Assembly: GCF_003918875.1 (NCBI RefSeq)
Contig: NW_025767270.1
Span: 434,001-498,000, forward strand
Direction: 5' to 3'
DNA from: Haliotis rubra
Taxonomy: Eukaryota
Length of the DNA: 64,000 nucleotides
Position numbers and translations under genes: made by a program. The notes below the pieces were generated by a model. The model was not told the origin of the DNA. It made no database searches and saw nothing but the letters and a program-made list of their open reading frames with translations. Below are positions 51,213-63,962 of this stretch, one piece after another. Each line of letters begins with the position of its first letter. Within the stretch, counting starts at the first letter, position 1.

Positions 51213-52085
51213 TACTATCCCGAAAAAGAAACGCATAGGCCAGAAATCTGATGCGAAAATGTTGTATTTTCAAACATGTATAACTCATCCACAAATAGGC
51301 TTTATTGCATGAATTTTTACATCAGTTTAGAAGAAGGAAATGTCTATACAACCAAGTGGATAATTTTAGATAACGGAGACGTTGAGCGTAATGGTGACGA
51401 CGTAGCACGGTCCCGACGTCGGGTCTCCTGGCTCTCGGTCCAATCTCTCTCAGCCTGTTCCGTACAGTTTGACCGGATATCCTCCGAAGTCCAGGCACCC
51501 TGGCTGTTGTGCTCTCAGCAGTGCAGTACGATCACGCAAATGTAGTCCCGGATGTACCGATCTTGGGCTGCAGTGGTGACTCGAGATCTGCCTGTACGGT
51601 GACGGTCATTTGTTATACCTGATTGGTTGTAACGAGCTGCAAGCCGTGTTATTGTGCTCAGACTAACATTCAGACGTCTGGCAACAAAAGATTGGTAATC
51701 TCCAGCGTGTATTCTTTCAATGGCGATGTTCCGTGTCGCAGCGTCAAGACGTGGCGTAGTGATTTGAGCTTGAAACTCCTTCAAAACGAATGACGATTTC
51801 CGAAAGTAATCTGGATTTTTATAGCCAGACAGTGCATGCTCTTTGATGCACAATTTCAACTGGAAGGTGAGTTTTGTTGCGTTGTGGCGATGCGTTTTTA
51901 ATCCTTGTAAGAAATCTCATCAAAATCAACATTTTCAGGTAAAGTCGAATTTTGGCTTGTGTAATTGTGTAAAATCATGTTATCAACACTTTTGTTACAT
52001 ATTTTGACGATTGTTTGAACACAATAGGTAATTAATAGATTTTTAAAAATACAAAATGCCTATGCGTTTCTTTTGGGGGATAGTA
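51213..52085 (-). mobile_element. Internally deleted Tc1-family DNA transposon
   Basis: 28-bp TIRs tactatcccgaaaaagaaacgcataggc / gcctatgcgtttcttttgggggatagta with TA flanks. Minus-strand remnant PRLDAATRNIAI...VARRLNVSLSTITRL...DRHRTGRSRVTTAAQDRYIR is a Tc1 paired-like HTH and GRPR linker. No DDE domain. Confidence 0.9.
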
Positions 52086-52978
52086 TATATATGTCAATGA
52101 CCTACTATTGCAAAAAGTACGAACATCAGATAATAATCAGTCTTGGTTGACCACCGAAACGGGTGGCATTGGTTGTAAAAGTGTAAATTATAAAATACAG
52201 TAAAAAAGATATGGAAGGAATACTGAAAGTCTGTGATGACATCAGGTGTTTGCGGAAATGGTAAACATTTCATGTCCTGCCGATAGCATCTGCCACTCAC
52301 ACAGTTTGCAGAAAAAAGTAAGTGTCCGTTTCTTACCCTCTTCAAACATTTCCACTCATCAGAGGCATAGTTTCCAGTGCTTTGATTCCGCTGTGCCTGA
52401 AACGACGCAATTACCAGTATCTCATGGCTTGAGTGTGATATTCAACAAGTTCAGATGAGCTTATGAACAGAGCAGGGATGTTTTGTTGAAAGGAAAGAGC
52501 TCAGGCTTCAAGGGCAACCGAGCATTGTCTGTCCAGATCATCCGATTATAGGTCCTCTGTGCTCCCTGAACAGTTTTCCCCAAAGGCTTAGCTGGACCCG
52601 AGAACTATTTGTTCTAATCTCAAATTCCCCCAATTCATTATGCTCGGTTTGATAAAATCCAACTCTAGATCTGCTGATTGTACGAATCCAAGATAATGAC
52701 TGCTTCACGCTATTTACCAACGTTTAAATGTTTTTGGGCCTGCTTCAATGTGGGCGTTCGTACCGCATTTACAAACACACGAAAAGTTATAACAGTACAA
52801 CGTGTCATTAAACATCAAGTCACTCGATTCGATCAAGACAAATAAAAAACATATAAAGAACTATTTATGATTATCTTGACTTACATCTTCAGTCAAATGT
52901 CGAACAACAGAAAGTACACCCCGAATTTTATTCCCAAACAAATTATCTATTAATATACACCAATGGAATGCTTATTGA

Positions 52979-55316
52979 CACTACTCCTTGCTTCCCTATG
53001 AGTATCATGTTACCCATTACAACAGAAAGAGGCAGAGATCTAGAGTCAAACCAAGGAGTAGTTTACGAATGTACATGTACAGTGATATTCAAAATGCAAG
53101 CCAGATGTTGACAATTCGTAAATCTGCGGAGTCTTATCTAATATCGTTCTTGTTCATACATTCTCAGGAGTAGTTTCTGGGTGGTGTCATTCAGTATTCT
53201 GAATGGTCCAACCAATGACTAAGGCGTATTATCGCAGTTTAGACACCGGTCTAGTGGTTAATACGTTGGCCGCAGCAATATGACCAACATGGTGCTTACT
53301 ATTCCAATACTATCTAATGGCATGGTCATTAGGACGTGTATCAAATCTGATATTCGCAAGATGTTTTAAATGTGTTTCACGAAAGTACTTACGAGCCTTC
53401 AAGAACATCGCCAAATTACAAACATATCTTATAGCATCTTACTAATGGTTCCTGTCCAACACAGTTGCAACCACTAAGGCAACATGAAAGTTTGAAACAA
53501 GAGGGAAGCGTTAGGGGAATAATAATTTTTTTTATAAAATCTGAAAAATGCCACAAATCAATTTTGTCATCAAGTTTCGTCGAAAAGCTGAAACTGTATC
53601 TCATCAGAGATGTTGACCATCTCTGGCACTGGACAGGAAAGCGGCATTAAAGTCTAATCTGAAAGGACAGATAAAGGCTCAAGACGACCACATAATCGAC
53701 ATTGCTCGCGCCATTGTAGAGGGTTCTTGTACTGTTCGGAATGATTGACCTTTGATAGTAATATGTGACATAATTGGACATTGTCTCATGAGGGGTGTGC
53801 TATTGGGCTTAGGAAATCCTAAATTGGAATTCTTTCACTTGATTGAGGATTGCTCCAATTTCCTACTTTTCGGGTTTCAAACGATACAGCGAGAGTCACA
53901 CTTATTTCGACGGCTAATGATTGAAAATGATCAGCGTGGATGGTGGGCGCTCGCTGAATTAGACATTAATGATTCGCCCTTTGATCTTTTTGGTTGTATT
54001 CTGTTTGATACTTTGTAGGATAAGACAGAAGCAACCAGGACCATCCAGGAACATTCAGAACAAAGCTATACGAACGTCCTGGTATATCAACCACCAACCA
54101 AAATCTGGAATTGTGAAGTAATGACATATGTATCATAAATATCATTATCATTTACATTTATTTCGCTGTCGTGTTGGGTACATATATATATGCATTTGGT
54201 TCTTGTAATTCTTATATGTGAAACAAGCCAGGACATTGTCTGAACATGTACTTTGAGCAAACTGGATGAAGGTTTTGAAAAGGTATGTCGTTATTGAGTG
54301 AACGCGGAGGAAAGGTTTACAGTGCACATCGCATAATCTTAGGTGAGGTGAGGTGAGGTGAAATTGGGTTTAACGTCGTGCTTGAGAATATTTCGCTCAT
54401 ATGACGACGTGCATGCGTATGTATGTGTAAGTGCGGCTGCTTGTACTAGCCCAGACTGAAGCTGGTTTTATAGTGCTAGCCCACTGAGATACCATGCAGC
54501 AGTGAAGCATGAATACCCCACTCAGACACATTATACTGACTCCGAGGCGACCAGTCCTTGTTGTACCCATTAATGCCGAGCGCCAGGCAGGGACCAACAA
54601 GTACCATATTTTAACGTCTTTTGGTATGACGCGGTCGGGGATCGAACCCGCGACCTTCCGCTCTCCAGGCGGACGCTCTAACCACTACACCACGGAGGCG
54701 GTCATCGCATCATCTTACTTGAAGAATATATAATCGCTACGGTCTACATGATATGGGCGAGGTGCATCCCTAAGGCGTATAAAAAACATATGGTCATCAA
54801 TTCGAATTACTTTTGCCGTGATTTTGATTCTACGTTTGTCAAATCATGATTGTTGGTTTCACTTACGTTGTTAATGTCTGAGACATACATGCCATCTGGC
54901 TTTCTTTGGGTTTGAAGACGCTGAGAAACAGTAATATACCTGAAATACTGTTAAGCGTCCACTTAATCACTCTGTTAGTCTTGCATGATGACATGATACG
55001 ATTGTTTCCGTCTATTCCTGTCAAATGTATATATCAGCATCGTCATAAATCTTTAAATATTGATTTATTTTTCTATGATTGTTTCTGAGCAATTACGAAA
55101 ATGTATATTGTTATCTTATTCTGTTTAAAATGTAAAACTAAATCACACAAAAACAAATATCATATTTCATCACGAACACACCATTGTGCCTTTAATGAAT
55201 ATCACTGTATACATGTACATGTACATTCGTAAACTACTCCTTGGTTTGACTCTAGATCTCTGCCTCTTTCTGTTCTAATGGGTAACATGATACCCATAGG
55301 GAAGCAAGGAGTAGTG
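52979..55316. repeat. Inverted repeat pair of about 115 bp (52979-53091 and 55197-55316), possible long-TIR element
   Basis: Near-identical reverse-complement arms 2.1 kb apart. Confidence 0.8.
54342..54702 (-). mobile_element. Family C SINE, full length
   Basis: 15-bp TSD catcgcat(a/c)atctta at 54327-54341 and 54703-54717; very similar to 36281-36645. Confidence 0.92.
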
Positions 55317-56149
55317 CCATAGACGTCTAAGCACATTGTTTTTGACAGTGATTTGAAGAAATAGGGTTCATAATTGCTGTGAAATGACAACCACCCCTTC
55401 AATCACTTCAGAATATACACATCCTGCTGTTACGAAAGGGCTATAAGCATCGACGAAGGAGAAGATTGGAAAGACTTTCCTTGATTGACAAAAACTGTTT
55501 TAGTAAAAAAAAGGGGCCTTGGTATTTATGATCTATGTTTCTGAATATATGGGCTATAGTCACCTTGAAATATATGAGTTCAGACCAGACCTTGTTCTAT
55601 GGTTTACGGAATTAATATATTGTTATTTGAAATGCATTGTAAAGCATTTTCTTAATTATCTTAATCCGGATTGGTAAGTGATGATGTTCGCCTGCTTTGG
55701 GTCCTTAAGACTTATTGTTGCAAAACATATTTTATTAGTCATATCTGAAACTCTTGGAATATTTTATTGTCAGTGAAAAAAACACTTTCCGATTATGTTA
55801 CTTCTGAATTTTCAATGTTGTAGGTCGGCGTATCCTCAAACCAGATACAAGAAGGTCTTAAGTTAGTGTTAAGCGGGAGCAAATATGCAACAGGCGTGAT
55901 TCAAGTAAACTGTCCTGAAAAGAAAGTATAGATTTGAAAATACCGTCGCCACTCTACTCATTTGAGATGTCATAGCCCACATTTGCAGAGAGGAACATTT
56001 GAGAAGGTTCTTTGATTTAACACGATTGACCATTCATGCCCAAGTATACGTTTTAGGGAAGAAAGAAACCTGAAAACAACACAGCACAACTTGCAACAAA
56101 CGCAAGTTTTTGCCCTCAACCAGTTGGCTTACGTTGAGTGAACCCCTTT

Positions 56150-56750
56150 TTTCCAAATTGCTGTATCCGCGCTTGCCGAACTCTCATAATTCTAAATGAA
56201 TCGGTTTTGCGGGGTATTGTCTTTCCCGAGTAACATCGGAAGGCCATAATGAGACAAATCTCCTTATCCAACCTAGCATAAGAAGCCAGTGACACCTTGA
56301 TCCAATGCACCAAAAGCTAATCCCTCGCAGAGAGTGTCATCTTAAGGTATTTACAAGCTAGTCCCAAAGCAGTGGAGAATCTACCTTTATCAAAACAAAG
56401 GTATTAACTTCCCCCTCGCCGAAGTAATGGATGCCACAGGAGCCGTGACGTGCATACTGTTATGTATTTGTTTTTACCAGATACGCATGACTTCAGTAGT
56501 TGGTCTGATTGGTTTCAGTGTGTATGGTTGCGTCAGGAATGTCTCATTGGGGAATTTCGTTGTTTGTTTTCTAGCCCCATCCTCGGGAACAGTCATGTCT
56601 ATGATGCTTGTTATTTGTTGTAGGGAAATAGGTTTGGAATTGGACACGATGCCGCGTGTGGCAAGCATGGCGTGGTTTAACTGTAGGATTGAGAAATGGT
56701 ATCTGGTCACGTTCCGTATTAAGTCCTGTTGACCATATATGATGCGGCTG
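56150..56750 (-). mobile_element. Possible highly decayed Gypsy-type RT/RNase H relic
   Basis: Broken motifs SYARLDKE and TIP...ARIQ resemble Gypsy RNase H motifs. Weak. Confidence 0.3.
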
Positions 56751-58881
56751 TTTATAACAGCTTTTAAATTAATTACACAGACAGTTTTAGGACTAAATGG
56801 TCATTTACTGTAAGACTTCTTTAATCCGTTGTCAAACACAGGGTTCATATGTCTTGATTGGATATAGAACGGTTCCCTTACATACTTGATCTATACATGC
56901 AGTTTTATCAAATCCTTAAATCAGTTTATTTTTAAAGTCGTTGATAGGCATTTAGATGTTGCAAGACTATGACAATGTGACACTTATTGAGAACTTCTTT
57001 GATCTTTTTCACGACGTTTCAGCGGTTCTTCCTTGTTTGTTCATCATGTAAAGTAAATGCAAAGAGATAATATGTATGACATGTTTACTACGTAATGAAA
57101 GTTGTCTGCTCGCCCATTTCCCGAATACAGTTTGTCCTCACAGATTACAGTGATTCGTTCATGCCACTTCTGACCACTATTGTGCCAATAGATCTGCAGA
57201 AGCAGATTCTGAAAACCGCTTCTGCAGATGCCGGGTCGATTATTGTTTGCCGTTAAATTCAATGTACAGAGACGCTGGGTGTGCCATGAAATTATTAGCT
57301 TCACCTAGTTCGATTCCCAAAATTTGTGCAATGTTTGAGGTCCATTCTGATGTTCCTGCAAAGATTTCTTTTTCCGGAATGACATAAAGAGATGCGTAAA
57401 ACCCAGCCCACTAATTCACCCGAACACAGATTAAAAAAACATTGGATCCACACTGTATTTCTCTCCATTCTTTCACGACACATTGGCATAACCAGTATGA
57501 CCTCTCTGGTTGGAATGGAATGATTAATGATATGGCATGGGATGAGTCTATTATTTTCAGTTGGCTCAAATCATCAATTTGGGGATGAGTGCATATCCGT
57601 ACAAACTGCATATATGATTGCTTTTTGTACCCATAGCCTAATTTACCCCGTAAAACAGTGAACCACTTCACTGAGACACACACAGCTTTAACCTGTCTGA
57701 CTATTGGGATGTCTGACAAATGGGAGGATACCACACAGACATATGACGTTGGCAGATGTCCTGTGACCGTTTTCCAAACTGATATTCCTACAGAAAACTG
57801 TTGACCTTTGTAATCTTTTGTTCTAAAGTATACACCACTATCGTGAGATTAGAAAGTTCAACTGATTAGAAATCCGACGCTTTAGACATGACAATCCGTG
57901 TCAGAGAAATGCCCAAAGTGTTGGTGTAACTTAATTTTACTGGACACTCTGTAAGGGCTTATTCGCCAGGTCCTTCGCCTGGAATGTCTTGCCACAATTG
58001 TTGTAAATAATACAGGAACCAGGGCATGTTATTTAGTAACGTGAATGAACAATGGTCAGTATTTGATTAGCAAACGGGTTGGTTTGTGGAGAAAGTGCTT
58101 CTGAATATAGTTTTTCTTTCCCGGTAATTCTCTTAAATTTTCTACCGCTGACCAGTCAGGATATAGGATTCTAAAATGTCTCGGTACAAGTGCTTACATT
58201 CAGAATTTCGGCGATTCTTTTAGAAATATCGAATATACATTGACTAAAGTACCAAGGATCACTATTGGTTATTGGCACCGTGACAACGTGGCGCCGCGCT
58301 TATCTGGACTCATATATACGGAAGCTTTGCCTAAAAGACGAAATGTGCTTGGGCCGAAATAAATATGTACTTCATAAAATGCATTTTTATCCGGAAATCC
58401 TGTTTCCGGATCCGGATCAAACAGTACAAAATGCACACTAGTGTATCCTTCTGTCCGGACGACAACCGTGCTTGACTGTGTTTGTTTTGCAATTCGTCAC
58501 CTAGGAGCCAACATCAAACGGGATAGTACCATGTGACCACTGTGTTAATTAGTTTCATGTCTCGATTGTTAGATAGGCTGTTATTGCCAGTTAGCAACGA
58601 GGTATGGTTTGAGATCATCCCATCAAATTACATGTGATAAAATTGGGCACCGAGCGGAAACGTAATGAGGATTTTATACGTCGGTAGAGGTAACACCGGT
58701 GAGTTCGTATACAGAGGACAGAGGTATACTGAAACTCGTGTATCCGGACAATATTTTAGAAGACATAATTGTCAGAATATTCGAAATGCAGTTCGAGTGA
58801 AGAGACCTATAAGATGAAGCAACTAGCTTGCAGGCGTTGATGCTGACGTTGCGTTAAAGATTGTGGATCACGCGTATATAT

Positions 58882-59537
58882 CAGAGTTGGGTATTGCCGA
58901 TAATTTTCATATTGCGATAAATTGGGATGCGAAAGCATATATTGCGATATGTATTGCAATATATTGCAAGAAGGTTTTTTTAAACAAAAAACTACTTATA
59001 ATCGAGTTAATGCTTGATTTTATAAAGCCAAAACACAACAAAATCACTATGCTTGATTAAGGTTTAATAAAAACTTTTAATCGTCCCGCCTGAGAATTTC
59101 ACTTTACCATTGCATATTTTACATACTGCGTTCCTCTTATCAATAGTTCCATCTACCGTGATCTTTGTCAACCCCAAATGCTGCCATACTGAAGCCGTTG
59201 CCCTAGTGTTTGGCACCACAATAAATTGTTCATTGTTGGGGGTCGCCATTTTACAACAAACGCATGACTTCCGGTGTGAAGAACGGTAACATCCGAAGAT
59301 TTCCGAGTGTTACGAGGTTTTCCGAATGCATGTCAAAATACCGGTTTTCGATCAGCGTATCGCAATACGTATCGTTTTTATGTCTGAACCGGTAAATACC
59401 GGTAAACCAGTTATATTGCGCACCCCTAATCAGAGTTGCACGCTATTGCCGATATACCGGTATACCGTAAAGCGCTTTTCAAACGATACATATTGCAATA
59501 TTGTTTCTGAATACTTTTATATTGGGTAAGAACTCTG
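58882..59537 (-). mobile_element. hAT-family DNA transposon remnant or composite with a BED zinc-finger fragment
   Basis: ORF 59064-59249: ASVWQHLG...AVCKICNGKVKFSGGT (ZBED1-like BED finger). TAGGGGTG-type end at 59428. CAGAGTT/AACTCTG termini. Repeated ATTGCGATA/TACCGG subterminal motifs. Confidence 0.75.
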
Positions 59538-59569
59538 TGGTTTCAATTGCAATCTTCACAGACATGTGA

Positions 59570-59827
59570 CCGATGAAGATCTGGGTTAAAATTGGTCTTC
59601 AGTAATCCAAGCTGCACGGCTTGTCGTAAGAGGCGACTAACGGGATCGGGAGGTCAGGCTCGCTGTGACATGTCATCGTATCCCAATGGCGTAGGTCGAT
59701 GCTCATGCTGTTGATCACTGGATTGTCTGGTCCGGACTCGATTATTCACAGACCGCCGCCATAAAGCTGGAATATTGCAGAGTGCGGCGTTGAAAAACCA
59801 ACCAACCAACCAAGCAACTCACTCACA
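59570..59827 (+). mobile_element. Family B element, near full length
   Basis: Homology throughout; compound (CCAA)n then (CTCA)n tail. Confidence 0.9.
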
Positions 59828-59953
59828 ATGGATGTTACCCTTTGTATAGTGAAAGGACAAAACGGTTTCTTTATATACCATATATCGTATTATTCAGCTA
59901 ATTTTGAGATTCCTGTCATCAGAACCATAACATATGTTTCAGAGCCTTATCTA

Positions 59954-60249
59954 TGGAATCCTGGAAGGGACATTGTCGCGTTGTCGCACTGTCCCGTTGT
60001 CGCCCTCTCAAAAACAGCAAAATGAGGCAAAATTAACCAAAACGCGACAATGCGACAACGCAACATTTCGGCCATTTGTTGCATTGTCGCGATTTGAATA
60101 ATATTTTTGTATTCCTCCAAAGGGCGACAATGCGACATAGCGACAATTTTCAAGGTCAAAATATGTCGCGTTGTCGCATTGTCGCCCCATCTGTGTGAAA
60201 AAATCCCCAAAATGCGAGACAACGCGACAATGTCCCTTCTCAGATTCTG
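59954..60249. mobile_element. Foldback-like MITE with GCGACAA/TTGTCGC internal repeats
   Basis: TIRs ..gaatc..gaagggacattgtcgcgttgtc / gacaacgcgacaatgtcccttc..gattc.. with TA flanks. Confidence 0.8.
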
Positions 60250-61169
60250 TACTTATCAGATAGTGTACGAAAAGCCTTTTCATTTCAACATTTGTCGTCC
60301 CGTTTTCACGGGCGTCGAAAATTCTAACCTCAGAGAAATCTCACAAAAGACCCCTCAAGCACGTCGAGACAACAAAGACAACATAACTGTTCTGTTGTTG
60401 ATTGAAAAACATGATATCGTATTCTCTTCACTGACGTAAATATTCTGTCAACTATTGGCATATCAATGATTAAATATTATCGACATCTGACACTCCCTTT
60501 GTTTGGGATCAAAACATTCCTACAGCAATATTAGACAAGGCATGTTGCCATGCATCTTAATAAAGTCAAACTTTGTTATCAGAAAATTAATGCAACGGAG
60601 CAGAATTGTATTCCGCGCTATTCCAATTTGTTATTCTACCATCCTTGATTTCATATTTTGACAGATATCTGTTTGAACTGTATGAATATGGCGTAACGTA
60701 ATGCTTCAACGTTGCTTAACGTTGTCTGATATGTTGACGACAATAACGGTGGCGCTGACAGGAAAATGTCCCAGAAATGCTGATAGAGGTCAGAGTGTGA
60801 TGCGTTTGGACGCTTAAATAGCTGACTGACTATTCAAATGATTGTAATTGACCACTGAATAATCCCTGGTCGTGTAAAGTACAACATGCAATGAATACCG
60901 ATATCCCCGTTCAAAAGATCGCCTTTTGACGTTTTTTCCCCACGTAGAGCCGTTATGCAATGATGTGCTGCTGAAACGGAGGCAGTGAGTGAGCTAATTG
61001 GGTTTAGGTCCACTTTTTCATGTCATTTATATCATTTGTAGTGAATGTATTCAGTTATGTGTATGTACAATGTTGGATAATTTAACCTACGCATTCTGAG
61101 TGCTGCTACTCTTTCGCCATCAACTTCAGCGCCATGACTGCCACACGTCTATGGTAACAATTGCCATAA

Positions 61170-61328
61170 AGGGCGGTGGGGTAGCCTTGCGTTTAAAGCG
61201 TTCGCCCGTCACGATGAAGATCCGGTTTCGATTCCCCACATGGAACATTAATTTATGTGAAGCGTGTTTCTGGTGTCCCCCCTTGAATATTACTTAAAGC
61301 GGTGAAAACCATACTCACTCACTCACTC
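61170..61328 (+). mobile_element. Family A SINE
   Basis: gggcggtggggtagcc head and (ACTC)n tail. Confidence 0.82.
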
Positions 61329-63360
61329 AGGTTCAAAACCTCTCTCCCCATTGGGACCCTGAATAGAATGGTGCCCCCAGAACCCCACTGCTTATCGTTG
61401 TTAACAAAGACAATCACTGGATAGTTTGGTCCACACGTACACCGAACCCTAGTTAATCCGGACACCGGTTCGTGGGGTTTCCTGATTGCTTATGCCCTGA
61501 CTATACAGGTTTCATTTCTACTGCTAAACGAGTAGTTACGATTATCAGCATATTCAAAACACAGTGTTTATACCCGCTGACTTCGTAATTGACAAGGTAA
61601 TTAATTTTGGATGTAATTAAATAAGATCATGTAATATTGATATACACCGCCATGCACTGAACAAATTGATTAGGGTGTGTAATCAGAAACGTGTGATAAT
61701 ACAACACTTCATTTGCAAAGATCTGTCGATGACGGGGACATAGGATAGCCCTTGTCTTATTTCAGCAATCACACCACCATCCGTCAAGCTGTCAATCACT
61801 GTTGACTCTCACTCGTCAAACGCAAATACACATCATAGTTCCTGACAAGTATTAAGCATGTCCATGTTCTGAAATGTTGATTACTATTGATAAGCTTGAT
61901 CGATCTCTTTTCTGGGGTGATTTCAGTCACGTAGTCCAACACGCAATAAAGAACTCGTGCTATTAACTTAACATACACAAACTTGAATAAACAATATAGC
62001 TTATACGCGTGAAGAAGTAAATAAATATTCAACAGATTCTAATACCAATCAAGACATTTCACTGAGGCAAATACTGTATTCTGTTGGTATTTGCATCCTC
62101 GTCTTGACGTTTCACATATTCCTGAAACATTTTAACACCAGCAAAACGTGAAGATAAAAAGCCACTGGGATGAGATATTTATGATGTATTTGAAATCGGA
62201 GTTTATATCGTGTGTTGTGTTTTTTCGTTTGAATCTGTTGAAATGTCCATTGTGTTCAGATTGTTGATTGTGTTTCGAATAAAAAATAAACATTGCACGT
62301 CTTTTCAACTTTTTTTCGTGTTTGCAATCTCAAGTATTATAAGTACGTACGTATATTCTCTGATATCAAGCTAAAAGTTCATTTAAAACTCAATCATGTT
62401 AAAGTGTCCATTTAACACGAGTCATGAGCTAACAAAAAAGGATATTAAATTTTCCTTGGCGTTAAATGACTCATAGTGGAGTAAAGTGTTTATGATCAAA
62501 TGTTGAGTAACGTATGTAGAAGGTTGAAAGTAACGGGACTGACTGCGTGTGTAACTCTTGTTGGTGTAAGCGCATGTCGAAGAGGGAATTTTATGCGTGT
62601 TGAACTTGGTTCTGTTGTGGAAACCCATATACGCGGATATTATGATACGAATCCTAGAAATAAACACGCTGAATCTACTGACAAACGAGGATAAGTTGAG
62701 CACCGACCTGACAACTGACCCGTATTAGCATGTATGAGTGCCGCCAACTGGCGCTTGCCATTGTTAGCGAAGGGGCCCCAGGTTGTCTGCGATCAAGTGT
62801 AGTGCGATGGGTGAAGCAAGGCGCAAGGTGTGTGTAGCTACGCGCGGAATCAATTTCATTGTCATGTAATGCACGTGCACTAGCCTACATCTGCTCTACC
62901 TTCCACAAACCAAATGGGTTCGCTCATTGCCGTGCACCGCCTACTTCTGGTAAACGCGTTCTCTGCGCCGGTCCAACTTATCCTTGTTTGCCAGTAGCAT
63001 TCGCACTCGCGATCAAAGGTTCCGTCGCGCCTAAGCCACGGCTTTATTAAAAAGGTACTGATGGTAAACTGATATCTAAAGCTGCCGCGAAGATGAAGGA
63101 ATATTGTTTTCAGCGTTGAACTAAATTAACTTTCCCCCTCGTTCATGTTTCTTTTGACAATAGTAAATTGCCAGTCACTGAACGGCATTATTGCCAACAT
63201 ACTTATACTCATGTGTGCACATTCTTGTCAGTTTGAGAAAGGACAGCCTGGGTCACCTAGTCTCATTCTATGTGCTTACATACCATGTGATGATTTGACT
63301 GTGAGGGGCGGGTTGCGTAGTCGTCGTCGTCGTCGTCAAAGGCGCCGCACGTTGCTGTGA

Positions 63361-63593
63361 GTGAGTTTAATTTTATTTTACGCCGCACTCAGCAATATTC
63401 CAGCTATCTGGTGGCGGTTTGTAAATAATAGAGTCTGGACCAGACAAACCAGTGATCAACAACATGAGCATCGATATATGCAATTGGGACACGATGACAT
63501 GTCAACCAAGTCAGCAAGGCTGACCACCCGATGCCGTTAGTCGCCTCTTACGACAAGCATCGGTTACTGAAGACCAATTCTAACCCGGATCAA
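63361..63593 (-). mobile_element. Family B element, slightly 5'-truncated
   Basis: 10-bp TSD GTTGCTGTGA at 63351-63360 and 63594-63603. Confidence 0.9.
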
Positions 63594-63809
63594 GTTGCTG
63601 TGATTTAAGAGAGACAAAAGCCTGTGAATCTGCATTCGAATAGTAGATTCTGTCTGTTCATGTCTTGTCCTCGAATTCTCGAGTATTTTTCTCTAATTTG
63701 AGATAGCTCAACAAAATATATTCCCGAAATAAAAGATATCGACATTAAACTTAAACTTAGAAAACAATTTGAATATGGTAGTTAGGTTACATCAATCTTT
63801 GTAATTTAC

Positions 63810-63962
63810 GGGGCGGTGGGATAGACTGGTGGCAAAGCGTTCGCTTGTCACGCCAAGGCCTGGGTTCGATTGCCATGTGTACAGTTTGTGAAACCTGTGT
63901 CTGGTGTACCCAATCGAGATATTGCAGGAATATTGCTAAAGGCGGTGTAAAACCCACCTCAT
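63810..63962 (+). mobile_element. Family A SINE, diverged
   Basis: ggggcggtgggatagactggtggc...gggttcgatt...ggaatattgctaaaggcggtgtaaaacc. Confidence 0.8.

Noticed and set aside
50469-51251. Repetitive ORFs of 85-135 aa
   Set aside because: Translations of the 42-44 bp minisatellite.
226-63360. Remaining short ORFs of 60-140 aa in the six-frame track
   Set aside because: No recognisable domains; many start at non-ATG codons or overlap SINEs, as expected by chance in intronic DNA.
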